Below, piece by piece: positions 32,757 to 43,341 of a stretch of 64,000 nt of DNA; position 1 is the stretch's first letter; each line of letters opens with the position of its first letter. Both the position numbers and the translations under genes were made by a program. The DNA comes from an uncultured Gemmatimonadales bacterium. GTDB taxonomy: Bacteria; Gemmatimonadota; Gemmatimonadetes; Gemmatimonadales; Gemmatimonadaceae. The stretch is taken from NCBI GenBank assembly GCA_963793305.1, contig CAWBZV010000011.1, positions 77,511 to 141,510 on the forward strand, written 5' to 3'. Below the pieces are notes generated by a model that did no database searches, was not told the origin of the DNA, and was given only the letters and a program-made list of their open reading frames with translations.

Positions 32757-34060
32757 GCACGCCAGTCGTTGCGCTCATTGGGCGGCCGAACGTCGGAAAG
32801 TCGGCGTTGTTCAATCGGATTGTCGGCGCGAATTCCGCGATCGTGACCGATGAGCCGGGCACGACGCGCGATCGACATTTCGCGCACGCCGAGTGGGGCG
32901 GGAAGGGCTTCTGGCTCGTGGACACGGGCGGCCTGGTCGAAGACTCGGATGTGCCGATGAACGTGGAGATTCGCCGCCAGGTAGGAGAGGCGATAGAAGA
33001 GGCGGATCTGTTGCTGTTCGTTGTCGACGCCAAGACGGGGTTGACGCCCAGCGACTATAGAATTGCCGAGGTACTGCGTGAGTCGAAGCGGCCATGGGTC
33101 CTGGTCGCCAACAAGGTTGACGATCCGTCTTCGACTGATTTCTACGAGTTCTACAACCTCGGAGCGGGCGACCCGATACCGGTCTCAGCCGTGAACGGGA
33201 AAGGTTCCGGCGATTTGCTCGACGCGGTCGTTGAGCGGATTCCGGAGAGCCCGGTCGACGAGCAGCCCGGGTTGCGGGTAGCGGTGATCGGCCGGCCGAA
33301 CGTCGGGAAATCATCGATCGTCAATCGCCTGCTCGGCGAAGAGCGGCTCGTGGTGGCCGAGGAGGCCGGGACGACGCGGGATGCGATCGACGCGCCGCTG
33401 GTGTACCATGGCCAGCCCATGATTTTCGTCGATACCGCGGGTCTCAGACGGCAATCGAAGGTCGACGACGGCATCGAGTTCTACTCGTCGCTCCGGACGC
33501 GACGGGCGATCGAGCGCGCGGACATCTGTGTGCTGGTGTTGGATGCCGTGGAAGGGATGCACGTGCAGGATCTCAAGATCGCGGCGCTGGCCTGGGAGGC
33601 CGGGCGGGGGTTGATCGTCGTCGTCAACAAATGGGATTTGAAAGACAAAGACGACAAGACCGCGCCCCATTTCCAGAAGGAAGCGGCCGAAAAAGCGCCG
33701 TTTTTGGGGTTCGTACCATTCCTGTTCACTTCGGCAGTGACAGGACAACGGGTAACGCGTATCCTCGATGAGGTACTGGCAGTCGATCTAGAGCGGCGGA
33801 AGCGGATCCCGACATCCGAGGTCAATGAGACGCTCAAGGCGCTGTTGGCGCGCCGGCAGCCGCCTCAAGCAGCTGGGCGCGATGTGCGCCTCAACTATGC
33901 GACCCAGGTCGAGGTAGCACCGCCAGTGATCGCGGTCTTCGGCAACCACCCGGATCTGGTGCAGGAGCATTACGTGCGATATCTCCACAACGGCTTTCGC
34001 GCAGCGTGGGGATTTACCGGCAGTCCACTCCTCGTGGTCATGCGCGGGAAGGCGGCGTAA
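32753..34060 (+). CDS. der: Ribosome biogenesis GTPase Der (EngA)
   Basis: Two GRPNVGKS G-domains, GTTRD motifs. Confidence 0.97.
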   Translation: MSTPVVALIGRPNVGKSALFNRIVGANSAIVTDEPGTTRDRHFAHAEWGGKGFWLVDTGGLVEDSDVPMNVEIRRQVGEAIEEADLLLFVVDAKTGLTPSDYRIAEVLRESKRPWVLVANKVDDPSSTDFYEFYNLGAGDPIPVSAVNGKGSGDLLDAVVERIPESPVDEQPGLRVAVIGRPNVGKSSIVNRLLGEERLVVAEEAGTTRDAIDAPLVYHGQPMIFVDTAGLRRQSKVDDGIEFYSSLRTRRAIERADICVLVLDAVEGMHVQDLKIAALAWEAGRGLIVVVNKWDLKDKDDKTAPHFQKEAAEKAPFLGFVPFLFTSAVTGQRVTRILDEVLAVDLERRKRIPTSEVNETLKALLARRQPPQAAGRDVRLNYATQVEVAPPVIAVFGNHPDLVQEHYVRYLHNGFRAAWGFTGSPLLVVMRGKAA

Positions 34061-34738
34061 TGTCTCCGGTGATCGGCCTCATCCTCGCCTATCTCATCGG
34101 GTCCGTACCCTTTGCGTATCTGATCGGCCGTCTGTTCGGCCATGTCGACCTCCGCCGGGTCGGCTCCGGGAACCTGGGCGCGACGAATCTTGCGCGGCAG
34201 ATGGGCTGGCCGTTCTTCTTCTTGGTGTTCGCGCTCGACGCAGCCAAGGGTGCTCTGCCCGTGATGCTGCTGCCCTCACCCGGTGACCTGGCACAACACC
34301 GAGATGTGGCAGATTGCGCTCGGCGTTGCCGCGATCATCGGCCATACGCGCCCCATCTTCTTGCTCGGCCACGGCGGCGGGAAGGGCGTCGCTACCGCGG
34401 CGGGTGTGTTCTACGGATTGATACCGCACCAGACCGTCGACGTCCTCGTGATCTTCGGCCTCGTCGTGCTGATTACGAAATACGTGTCCCTCGGCTCGCT
34501 CACGGCGTCGGGGATCCTGCCGATCATGGTGCTCATCGGACGTGGCGCGACGCCGGTGTTCTGGTTCTCGCTGTTTATCGCGCTCTTCATTGGCTATACG
34601 CACCGCAAGAACATCCAGCGATTGCGAAAGGGCAAAGAGCCGCGAATCGATCGGAGCCCTCCCAAGCCGGAAGGAGAGAAGGAGCCAGTCGGGAGCGGCC
34701 CGCCAGAGCCACCGAAGAGCGAGGCGGGCGACGTGTGA
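34060..34738 (+). CDS. plsY: Glycerol-3-phosphate acyltransferase (apparent frameshift ~34280)
   Basis: YLIGSVPF, GSGNLGATN, DAAKG, GGKGVAT, HRKNIQRL. Confidence 0.92.
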
Positions 34739-35745
34739 CGAACGGCCAGGCGTATGCCTGTGCCGTTGTGGGCGCCGGGGCATGGGGGACGGCGCTGGCC
34801 GATCTGCTCGCCCGGAACGGCCACTGCGTGCACCTCTGGGCGCGAGAGCCTGACGTTGTCGCCTCGATCGCCGGGTCCCACGAGAATCAGCGGTTCTTGA
34901 AAGGCATGCGCTTGTCGGCCGCGATCGAGCCAACGGGCACGATCACGGATGCCGTGCGTGGCGCATCGCTCATCGTGTATGCGCCACCCTCGGAGCACTT
35001 CCGCGAGGTGGTTCGCGCCTCCGCCCCGGCGGTGGAGTCTGGCGCAACGATCGCCGTGGCGAGCAAGGGACTCGAGCCGGAGACGCTCAAACTGATGAGC
35101 GTCGTGGCGAGCGAGGAGCTGCCGGGCCGGCCGGTCGTGGCGCTGTCGGGCCCGAGCTTCGCGGCGGAGGTCGCGGCGCACCAGCCGACGGCCGTGGTCG
35201 CGGCAGGGCCGGATCCAGAGGCCACGGCGTTCGTTCAGCGGCTGCTCTCGTCGCGGGAGTTCCGCGTCTACACCGCGGACGACGCGCTGGGGGTCGAGCT
35301 CGGGGGAGCGCTCAAGAACGTCATGGCCGTGGCGACGGGGATCTGTGAGGGACTGGGCCTCGGATTCAATTCGCGGGCGGCGCTGATCACGAGAGGGCTG
35401 GCCGAGATGGCGCGCCTCGGGGTCGCGCTGGGCGCGCAGCCGGCGACGTTTGCAGGGTTGGCGGGCATGGGGGACCTCGTCCTGACGTGCACGGGGGCGC
35501 TCAGTCGGAACCGCGCGCTGGGCCTGGCGGTGGGCAAGGGCGCCACGCTGGCCGAGGCGATGGTCGGGAAGGAGACCGTGGCCGAGGGGGTGACGACGGC
35601 GCGGAGCGCACTCAAATTGGCTGAGCGGGTCGGCGTCGACATGCCGATCGTGGCCGGCGTGCATAAGATTCTGTTCGAGGGCAAGCCCGCGCGCGAGTCG
35701 ATCGCGGAACTCATGGAGCGCGAGTTGCGCGCCGAGTCTGATTGA
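34735..35745 (+). CDS. gpsA: NAD(P)H-dependent glycerol-3-phosphate dehydrogenase
   Basis: GAGAWGTALA, SGPSFA, GALKNV, GMGDLVLTC, SRN. Confidence 0.96.
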   Translation: MTNGQAYACAVVGAGAWGTALADLLARNGHCVHLWAREPDVVASIAGSHENQRFLKGMRLSAAIEPTGTITDAVRGASLIVYAPPSEHFREVVRASAPAVESGATIAVASKGLEPETLKLMSVVASEELPGRPVVALSGPSFAAEVAAHQPTAVVAAGPDPEATAFVQRLLSSREFRVYTADDALGVELGGALKNVMAVATGICEGLGLGFNSRAALITRGLAEMARLGVALGAQPATFAGLAGMGDLVLTCTGALSRNRALGLAVGKGATLAEAMVGKETVAEGVTTARSALKLAERVGVDMPIVAGVHKILFEGKPARESIAELMERELRAESD

Positions 35746-36107
35746 TGGCCACTGAGCCGGTACGGCAATTCTATTCGATCGGGGATGTGTGCGCGCTGAC
35801 GGACTTGAAGCCGCACGTCCTCCGGTATTGGGAAAGCCAATTTCGCTTCCTGAGCCCGGCGAAGAATCGCTCCGGCAATCGCGTCTATCAGCGGCGCGAG
35901 GTCGAGCTGATCTTGCTCGTCAAGCATCTCCTGTACACGGAGAAGTACACCATCGACGGCGCGCGCCGCAAAGTCGACGAGCACCGGCGTGCCGGCAGCG
36001 GCACGCTGCGGGCCGCCGCCCGGTCCGCGCTCGATCGCGAAACCCTGCGCGGGCTGGAACAGGATCTCGAGGGGATCGTCGGGCTGTTGTCGGACGAAGG
36101 CCGATGA
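35745..36107 (+). CDS. MerR-family transcriptional regulator
   Basis: YSIGDVC..PHVLRYWESQF, GNRVY, YTIDGA. Confidence 0.88.
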   Translation: MATEPVRQFYSIGDVCALTDLKPHVLRYWESQFRFLSPAKNRSGNRVYQRREVELILLVKHLLYTEKYTIDGARRKVDEHRRAGSGTLRAAARSALDRETLRGLEQDLEGIVGLLSDEGR

Positions 36108-36815
36108 CGATCAGCGGCCAATTCGTGCCGCTGCGCGCCGCCTGCGTTGTCCCGGCGTACAATGCCGCCGAGACGCTGGAGCAGGTGATCGATGGCGTAC
36201 GGCAGACCGTGCCGCGTGTGCGCGTCGTCGTGATCGATGACGGCTCGACGGATGAGACGCGGGAGGTCGCTGATCGCGTCGCCGATGACGTTCGTGGGGT
36301 TCGATCAGAATCGCGGGAAAGGCGCGGCACTCCGGGCGGGATTCGAGGCAGCGCTGGCCGAGCGGTGCAGCACGGTGATGACCATCGACGCGGACGGCCA
36401 GCACGATCCCGCATTCGCCCCAGCGCTCTTCTCGGCGCTCACGCGCGTCGATGTCGTGATCGGCGTCCGGAAGCGCAACGGGTCGGGCATGCCGCTCTAC
36501 CGTCGGTTGAGCAACGCGCTGTCGAGCGCCGCGGTCAGCGCGTGCACTGGGCGGCGGTTTACCGACAGTCAGTCGGGGTTCCGTGCCGTGCGGGCCGAGG
36601 TACTCCGGCGCATCGATCCGGCCGGAGACCGGTACGAATATGAGACCGACTTTCTGATCCAGGCCGCGCGTGGTGGGTGGAGAATAGGGACGGTGCCCGT
36701 CTCGACGTTGTACGGGGAATGGGCCCGCAGTCATTTTCGCACGCTCGGCGACTCCGCCCGCGTGGTGTGGACGATCTGCCGGCGGCTGGGTGAGACTCCT
36801 CTGCACGAACGATGA
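36104..36815 (+). CDS. Glycosyltransferase family 2 (apparent frameshift ~36290)
   Basis: PAYN, DDGSTD, NRGKG, DADGQH, DSQSGFR. Confidence 0.85.
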
Positions 36816-37542
36816 CGGGATTCTGGCACTGGGCCTCGATTGCCTGGTGCGCGCGGTCCAATCGCTCGGGGAGGTGACGGTCGTTGCTCCGGATCGGGAG
36901 CAGAGTGCGACGAGCCACTCCCTGACGATGCATCACCCACTGCGGGTCAAGCCGCGCGGCGAACGTCGGTTTCAGGTCGACGGGACTCCGACGGATTGCG
37001 TCATGCTCGCGGTCGAGGCCCTGATGCCCTCACGGCCGGATTTCGTGCTGAGCGGCATCAATCATGGGCAGAATATGGGTGAAGACGTCCTGTATTCGGG
37101 GACCGTCGCCGCGGCGATGGAAGGGCTCGCACTCGGGGTCCCATCCATCGCGCTGTCGTTCGCTGGCGGGGATCATGGAAGCGTTGACCCCTCAATGCTG
37201 CCGGCCCAGATCCCGGCCGTTTCGCATCTCCTTGGCCACATTTTGTCGCTGCGCCTACCGAGCGACACGCTACTCAACATCAATTTGCCGCCCCAGGCAC
37301 CAAAGGGAGTTCGGCTCACCAGACTCGGACGGCGTGTTTTCTCGGATCCGTTGCGGCGCATGCAGGACCCGTGGGGGAAAGAGGTCTATTGGATCGGCGG
37401 CGGAGTCATGGCATGGACTGGCGGACCCGATTCGGATTACCAGGCCATCGAAGATGGATATGTGAGCGTGACGCCACTGCATCTCGATCTCACGCACTAT
37501 GACATGCTCGCCTCGGCCGCCGACTGGTGGCGGGACCCGTGA
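36790..37542 (+). CDS. surE: 5'/3'-nucleotidase SurE
   Basis: TNDDG, GTPTDC, SGINHG, YSGTVAAA, VSVTPL. Confidence 0.96.
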   Translation: MRLLCTNDDGILALGLDCLVRAVQSLGEVTVVAPDREQSATSHSLTMHHPLRVKPRGERRFQVDGTPTDCVMLAVEALMPSRPDFVLSGINHGQNMGEDVLYSGTVAAAMEGLALGVPSIALSFAGGDHGSVDPSMLPAQIPAVSHLLGHILSLRLPSDTLLNINLPPQAPKGVRLTRLGRRVFSDPLRRMQDPWGKEVYWIGGGVMAWTGGPDSDYQAIEDGYVSVTPLHLDLTHYDMLASAADWWRDP

Positions 37543-38180
37543 CGGATCTCGGCGGGCCAAGGCGACGGATGGTCGAGGCGCTTCGCGAGAAGGGCGTGAC
37601 GGACCTGGCGGTGTTGCGGGCATTTGATCTCACGCCGAGGCACCTGTTCGTCCCGAGCGGGGTGCAGCATCGGGCGTATGAAGATTCGGCGCTGCCGATC
37701 GGCAACTCGCAGACGGTGTCGCAGCCGTCGGTCCACGCCAGATACCTGAGCGAGCTGAAGCTGACGGGGCACGAACGAGTCCTGGAGGTCGGGACGGGGT
37801 CGGGCTATCAGACGGTGCTGCTCTCGCACCTGGCGGCCCAGGTGTTCTCCATCGAGCGGGTTCCGGCGCTGCTCGATCGGGCGAGAGAGGTCATCCGCCA
37901 GGTTGGCGCGCGAAATATCTCATTGCTCCTGGGCGACGGGACCTTTGGGTGGCGCGAGTACGCGCCGTACGAAGCGATCCTGGTGAGCGCTGCTTCGCCC
38001 GAGGTACCGCGGCCGCTGTTCGAGCAACTGGCGGAGGGCGGACGGATTCTTGCGCCGGTCGGCGGGCGCGAGGAGCAGATGCTGATCGTCGGCACGCGGC
38101 GTGGCGACGAGCTGGTGCGCCGTGACATAGCGCCAGTCCGGTTCGTCCCGCTTCTAGGGAAATACGGGTGGCCCGCCTAG
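37539..38180 (+). CDS. pcm: Protein-L-isoaspartate O-methyltransferase
   Basis: AYEDSALPIG, VLEVGTGSGYQ, VRFVPL; surE-pcm synteny. Confidence 0.95.
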   Translation: MTDLGGPRRRMVEALREKGVTDLAVLRAFDLTPRHLFVPSGVQHRAYEDSALPIGNSQTVSQPSVHARYLSELKLTGHERVLEVGTGSGYQTVLLSHLAAQVFSIERVPALLDRAREVIRQVGARNISLLLGDGTFGWREYAPYEAILVSAASPEVPRPLFEQLAEGGRILAPVGGREEQMLIVGTRRGDELVRRDIAPVRFVPLLGKYGWPA

Positions 38181-38193
38181 AGGATGCTGTCTT

Positions 38194-38982
38194 ATGTCCG
38201 AGACAAAACAGCAAGAACCGCAAGGCCTTACGCGTCCTGGCCTCAAGCCGTTTGTGAGGCCGCTTCAAGCTGAATCGCCGGCGTTGCAGCCCATGGCACC
38301 CGCGTTTGGCCGGGTAACCCTCCCGCCTTTTGGGCCAATTCGCTACGGCGGACCTAAGCCGGGCGCCGCTGTCGTCACGCCGAGCCGAGAAGACGACGAA
38401 GCGCCGACCTGGGCGTCGATCGAGGAGTACGTACATACGGCTCCTACCACGCCCGAAGTCCCTGAGGTGGCGGCAGTGGAGGACGACACTGGTCTCTTCG
38501 ATGAAGGGGAGCTGCCGCCCCAAGAGGAAATAGCAGCACCAGTTCCGCCATGGCTCGATGCAGCGCCGGCAGAGCCAGAGCCGGAGCCAGTGGCAGTGCG
38601 GGAGCCAGAGCCCGAACCGGAGCCGGAACCGGAGCTATTGGCACGCCGCCCGGCGTTGCCATTGACGGGACCTTACGATCCGACGCCGATCATGAATCCC
38701 ACGATTGAGCGCACGACGGAGCGGACGACCGAGCGGACGACCGAGCCGCACCGCATGACGCCGATGCGCGTGACGCCGCTTCGTGCGGTGGCGATTGCGC
38801 CGACGGCGGTGCCTGCCGAGCCGAATGCCCGCGCCGTGGCCGCGGCACTGGAGATGATCGCGGCGCGCGTGCGACGGGGTGAGCTCGTCGTGTCCGGCTC
38901 GATGCCGGCGAACGACGACCCGCCGGCCCTTGCGGCCGTACTCGCGGCGACGCTGGCTGCCCTCCTCGGGGTCCGTACCTAA
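38194..38982 (+). CDS. Hypothetical Pro/Glu-rich protein with (EP)n and TTER repeats
   Basis: ORF filling the gap between pcm and acyP. Confidence 0.55.
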   Translation: MSETKQQEPQGLTRPGLKPFVRPLQAESPALQPMAPAFGRVTLPPFGPIRYGGPKPGAAVVTPSREDDEAPTWASIEEYVHTAPTTPEVPEVAAVEDDTGLFDEGELPPQEEIAAPVPPWLDAAPAEPEPEPVAVREPEPEPEPEPELLARRPALPLTGPYDPTPIMNPTIERTTERTTERTTEPHRMTPMRVTPLRAVAIAPTAVPAEPNARAVAAALEMIAARVRRGELVVSGSMPANDDPPALAAVLAATLAALLGVRT

Positions 38983-38998
38983 CAACTACATTCCGTAG

Positions 38999-39289
38999 GT
39001 GCCGGTTCAGCACCTACGGATTACCGGACGAGTCCAGGGCGTTGGGTTTCGGTGGTTCGTGCGCGAGCGCGCCGACGCGTTGGGGCTGGCCGGCTGGGTG
39101 AAGAACCGCTCGGACGGGAGCGTCGAGCTCCTGGTCTCGGGCGACGCCGCGGCGTCGGAGCAGTTTCTGGCCGCGGTGCGACGAGGCCCGCCACATGCCC
39201 GTGTCGAAGCAATCGAACCGATAGTTACCCCGCCGGCTAAGTCCCACGCCGAGCATCTTCCTCGACCTTTCGCCGTGGTACGCGAGTGA
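38999..39289 (+). CDS. acyP: Acylphosphatase
   Basis: [26 protein letters not shown]. Confidence 0.93.
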   Translation: MPVQHLRITGRVQGVGFRWFVRERADALGLAGWVKNRSDGSVELLVSGDAAASEQFLAAVRRGPPHARVEAIEPIVTPPAKSHAEHLPRPFAVVRE

Positions 39290-39813
39290 CCGCCATCGAG
39301 ACCGACCTCCGCTCCTACGTGCGCGACATCCCGGACTTTCCCACGCCGGGCATTGGGTTCAAAGACGTCACGCCGCTGTTGGCGGACGCTCACGCCTTTC
39401 GTCGAGCGACCGACGCGATGGCCGCAGCGTTCGTCGACGAGCGCGTCACGCACGTCGTGTCGATCGAGGCCCGCGGCTTCATCTTCGGTGCGCCCGTGGC
39501 CCAGTCATTGGGCGCCGGGTTCATCCCGGTGCGCAAGAAGGGCAAGCTCCCGTCCGAGACCGAGCAGATCGAGTATGCGCTCGAGTACGGCAGCGGGATC
39601 CTCGAGATCCATCGCGACGCCTACGAGCCGCCGGCGCGGGTGCTCGTCGTCGATGACGTTCTCGCGACGGGCGGGACCGCCAGCGCGACCGCGCAGCTCA
39701 TCGAGCGGCTCGGTGGCGAGGTCGTGGGCTTGAGCTTTCTCATCGCGCTGTCGTTCCTGAACGGACGCAAGGCGCTGGGGTCGTACAAGACGAGTGCCCT
39801 TATCACCTACTGA
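39286..39813 (+). CDS. apt: Adenine phosphoribosyltransferase
   Basis: [30 protein letters not shown]. Confidence 0.96.
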   Translation: MTAIETDLRSYVRDIPDFPTPGIGFKDVTPLLADAHAFRRATDAMAAAFVDERVTHVVSIEARGFIFGAPVAQSLGAGFIPVRKKGKLPSETEQIEYALEYGSGILEIHRDAYEPPARVLVVDDVLATGGTASATAQLIERLGGEVVGLSFLIALSFLNGRKALGSYKTSALITY

Positions 39814-40741
39814 GACGCACAGCTCGGTCTTCGCCGATCTCGACGCCGAGCTGTCGCGCGTCGTGATCGGGCAGCCGGCGCTGACTCGGGGGCTCATCAT
39901 CGGGCTCCTGGCCGACGGGCACGTGTTGCTCGAAGGCGTACCGGGACTGGCGAAGACTCTGGCGGCGCGGACGCTGGCGGCGGCCATTGATTGCCGGTTC
40001 CGGAGGGTGCAGTTCACGCCGGATCTCTTGCCGGCTGACGTCATCGGTACGATGGTCTACCATCAGCGCACCGGCGAGTTCACCGTGCAGCGCGGGCCGG
40101 TCTTCTCGCAGCTGCTGTTGGCCGATGAGATCAACCGGGCGCCGGCGAAAGTGCAAAGCGCGCTGCTCGAAGCCATGCAGGAGAAGCAGGTCACGATCGG
40201 GGGGCAGACGTTTCCGCTCGAGGAGCCGTTTCTGGTGCTCGCCACCCAGAATCCTATCGAGCACGAGGGGACCTATCCGTTGCCCGAGGCGCAGGTCGAC
40301 CGGTTCCTGCTCAAGCTCCTGGTCCATTACCCGGCGCGGCAAGACGAAGCCGAGATCCTCGATCGGCTGACCTCGGGTTCCGTTCCGAGTGTGCGCCCGG
40401 TGATCGATGCGGCCGGTGTCCTCCGGGCGCGGCAGGCTGTCGACGCCATCACACTCGATCCCAAGGCGCGGGACTACGCGCTCGATATCATTCGCGCGAC
40501 GCGCGAGAAGAATCCGTTAGTCGAGTATGGCGCGAGCCCGCGCGCCGCGATCGGGCTCGTGCGGGCGGCCAAGGCCAATGCGTTTCTCGAGGGCCGTGGG
40601 TGGGTGGCGCCGGAGGACATCAAGGCCGTCGCGCCCGATGTCCTCCGCCATCGCGTGATCCTGACGTACGAGGCCGACGCCGAGCGGGTGACGGCGGACG
40701 ACGTCATCACGCGCATTCTGGATACGCTGCGCGTGCCGTGA
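39794..40741 (+). CDS. MoxR-family AAA ATPase
   Basis: GVPGLAKT, QFTPDLLPAD, DEINRAPAKVQSALLEAM, ATQNPIE. Confidence 0.95.
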   Translation: MPLSPTETHSSVFADLDAELSRVVIGQPALTRGLIIGLLADGHVLLEGVPGLAKTLAARTLAAAIDCRFRRVQFTPDLLPADVIGTMVYHQRTGEFTVQRGPVFSQLLLADEINRAPAKVQSALLEAMQEKQVTIGGQTFPLEEPFLVLATQNPIEHEGTYPLPEAQVDRFLLKLLVHYPARQDEAEILDRLTSGSVPSVRPVIDAAGVLRARQAVDAITLDPKARDYALDIIRATREKNPLVEYGASPRAAIGLVRAAKANAFLEGRGWVAPEDIKAVAPDVLRHRVILTYEADAERVTADDVITRILDTLRVP

Positions 40742-41619
40742 GCGAGATCGTCGACGACGTCCGCCGGCTGGAGCTGGGCCTCCGGCGACTCGTCCGCGAC
40801 GTGCTCGCTGGACAGTACGGGAGCGTCTTCAAGGGCCGCGGCGTCGAGTTCAACGACGTGCGCGAGTACCAGTTCGGCGATGACATCCGGACGATCGATT
40901 GGACGGTCACCGCGCGGTCGACCACGACCTACGTGCGGCGCTACGTCGAGGAGCGGGAGCTGACCGTCGTGCTCCTCGTCGACCGCAGCGGCTCCGATGC
41001 CTTCGGCAGTCGGGTGCGGAGCAAGGCCCGACTGGCCACCGAAGTCTGCGCGGTCTTGGCACTCGCCGCGGCGCGCAACCACGACCGCATCGGTCTCATG
41101 CTCTTCACCGATCGGGTCGAGCAGTACATGGCGCCGGCCAAGGGGCGACGCCAGGCGCGACGCGTGTTGCGCGAGCTGATCGCGTTCGAGCCGACGGGGC
41201 GGGGCACGGACCTTGGCGCGGCGCTGGCCTACGCCGACCGGGTGCTTCGGCGTCGCGCCGTTGTCTTCATCGTCTCCGACTTCGTGGCGCCGCGCGGCAC
41301 GTACGCTCGCGCGCTCGACGCGGTGGCGGCGCGACATGACACGATCGCCGTGCAGCTCGTCGATCCGCGCGAGCGGGAGCTGCCCGACGTGGGGTTGCTC
41401 ACCGTGCGCGATCCCGAGAGCGGGCAATGGCGCACGATCGACACCGGGAGCGCCACGGTCCGGTCCGAGTACGCCACGCGCGGCGCGCGGTTTGACGCCG
41501 AAGTTCGGCGGTCGCTCGAGCGGAGGGGCGTGGACTGCATCCGGCTCGAAACGGGACGCGGATATGTCGCGCCGCTCGTTGCGTTCTTTCGCCGGCGGGA
41601 GCGGCGGCAAACTCGATGA
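40738..41619 (+). CDS. DUF58 family protein
   Basis: FKGRGVEF..VREY..GDDIRTIDW, EEREL, SDF. Confidence 0.9.
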   Translation: MSEIVDDVRRLELGLRRLVRDVLAGQYGSVFKGRGVEFNDVREYQFGDDIRTIDWTVTARSTTTYVRRYVEERELTVVLLVDRSGSDAFGSRVRSKARLATEVCAVLALAAARNHDRIGLMLFTDRVEQYMAPAKGRRQARRVLRELIAFEPTGRGTDLGAALAYADRVLRRRAVVFIVSDFVAPRGTYARALDAVAARHDTIAVQLVDPRERELPDVGLLTVRDPESGQWRTIDTGSATVRSEYATRGARFDAEVRRSLERRGVDCIRLETGRGYVAPLVAFFRRRERRQTR

Positions 41620-42395
41620 GGCCGCCGCTCGACGCTCGGATCGCGAAGGCGCCGTTGACGGTTGGCGACCCGCTGGTGGTTGAGTTGCACGGCATCCTGC
41701 CGGCGGGCGCGACGCTACTCGACGCCGTGCCCCGCGCGCGCGACACGTTGCCGGACGGCGTCCGGGTGCTCTCGGCCGACTCGCTGCAGCTACACAATGG
41801 CGTCGTCAGCGGCCAACTGCGGGTCGCGTTCTTTCGGCCGGACTCCCAGGTAGTCCCATCGTTCGCGATCGCCTATCGCTCGGCGACCGGGACCGACACG
41901 CTCGTGAGCCCGGCCGTGCCCGTGCTCGTGCACGCGGTGCTACCGACCGGCAATGCGACGTTGCACGATGTGCGCGATGTCGATGCCCCGTGGCCGCTCG
42001 CCAGTGTCGGTATGGTCCTCGGCTTGGTGCTCGTCACCTGGCTTGTGTTGCGCCGCCTCCGCCCTCGTCCGCACGTTGCGCCGCGGGCGCACGCACCGGT
42101 AGCGCAGTCGCCGAGTCCCTACGACGTCGCGCTGGGGCAGCTTCGAGACATCGACGGGGCCGAGTTGCCGATCGAACAGCGGTACGCGAAGGCGGCCGAT
42201 GTCGTACGCGGGTATATCGCGGCGACACGAGGCGTGCCCGCGCTCGAACGCACGACGTCAGAGATCCTGGCCGCGCTCGACACGAACGGAGCTTTAGAGT
42301 CATTCCTGCGGGAAGCCGATCTGGTGAAATTCGCGGGCGTGAGGCCGGAGGCGTACCGCGCCCGGGCACGCGAGGTGATCGATGCGCTTCGCTGA
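41616..42395 (+). CDS. Bat-operon membrane protein (DUF4381-like)
   Basis: One TM helix, ALERTTSEI, ADLVKFA; operon position. Confidence 0.7.
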   Translation: MRPPLDARIAKAPLTVGDPLVVELHGILPAGATLLDAVPRARDTLPDGVRVLSADSLQLHNGVVSGQLRVAFFRPDSQVVPSFAIAYRSATGTDTLVSPAVPVLVHAVLPTGNATLHDVRDVDAPWPLASVGMVLGLVLVTWLVLRRLRPRPHVAPRAHAPVAQSPSPYDVALGQLRDIDGAELPIEQRYAKAADVVRGYIAATRGVPALERTTSEILAALDTNGALESFLREADLVKFAGVRPEAYRARAREVIDALR

Positions 42396-43341
42396 TCCGT
42401 GGGCGCTGGTTCTGCTGCTGGTTGTCGCGGCCGACGCACTCCGTGATCGACATCCACGGCAGTGGGTCGCGCTGCCGATGGTCGAGACGCCGGTGACGCG
42501 ACGCGCTCGCTGGGCGCGGCTTCCGGCCTGGCTGCGTACGGCCGCGCTCGCGCTCATCGTCGTGGCGCTCGCGCGACCGCGGGTGGAAGGGCAAGTGCGG
42601 GAGACCAAGATGCGCGGCCGAAACGTCATGCTCGCGCTCGACATTTCGAGCAGCATGAAGGCGCACGACTTGGGCGACGCCAGTCGCATCGAGCTCGCCA
42701 AGCGCGTGCTCGGCGAGTTCGTCTCCCGGCGGCCGGACGACTTCTTGGGGCTTGTGGTCTTCGCGGGCCGCGCGTTCACTCAAGCCCCGCTGACGACAGA
42801 CGGCGCGGTCGTGATGGACCTTTTGCGCCGCGCTGACATCGGGCTCTTGCCCGACGGCACCGCCATCGGGACGGCGTTGGCGATGGCCGAGGTCCACCTG
42901 GAAGATCTGCCGCGCGGCAGTGGGGTGATCGTGTTGTTGACCGACGGCGGGAACAACACGGGTACGCCCGATCCGCTGACGGCCGCCGCCATCGCCCGGG
43001 CGCTCGGCATTCGCGTGTATGCGGTCGGGGTGAGCTCGACCAACGTGTCGCGGAGCGAGGTCCCGGCGACCATGGGCGAGGCTCCGTCGTCGCTCACGAC
43101 GTTCGAGGAGCGACTGCTGCAGCGGATCGCCACGACGAGCGGCGGTCGCTACTATCGCGCCACGGACAACGCGACGCTCCAGCGCGTCATGGGGGAGATC
43201 GACCGGGCCGAGCGAACGGAGCTCACCCTGCGCGAGGTGCTCAGCTATCGCGAGCTCTTTTGGATCCCGCTTGGCGCCTCTCTCCTCTTACTCGTCACAG
43301 CCACAACTCTGCGACTGACGGTATTCCGGGGCGTGCCATGA
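42382..43341 (+). CDS. VWA-domain protein, BatA-like
   Basis: ALARP, DISSSM (MIDAS), GTAIGTAL, LLTDG, TSGGRYYRA. Confidence 0.88.
   Translation: MRFADPWALVLLLVVAADALRDRHPRQWVALPMVETPVTRRARWARLPAWLRTAALALIVVALARPRVEGQVRETKMRGRNVMLALDISSSMKAHDLGDASRIELAKRVLGEFVSRRPDDFLGLVVFAGRAFTQAPLTTDGAVVMDLLRRADIGLLPDGTAIGTALAMAEVHLEDLPRGSGVIVLLTDGGNNTGTPDPLTAAAIARALGIRVYAVGVSSTNVSRSEVPATMGEAPSSLTTFEERLLQRIATTSGGRYYRATDNATLQRVMGEIDRAERTELTLREVLSYRELFWIPLGASLLLLVTATTLRLTVFRGVP

Noticed and set aside
34006..35745. Apparent 579-aa PlsY-GpsA fusion in the ORF track
   Set aside because: Artefact of the ~34280 indel; plsY ends at 34738 and gpsA starts at 34735.
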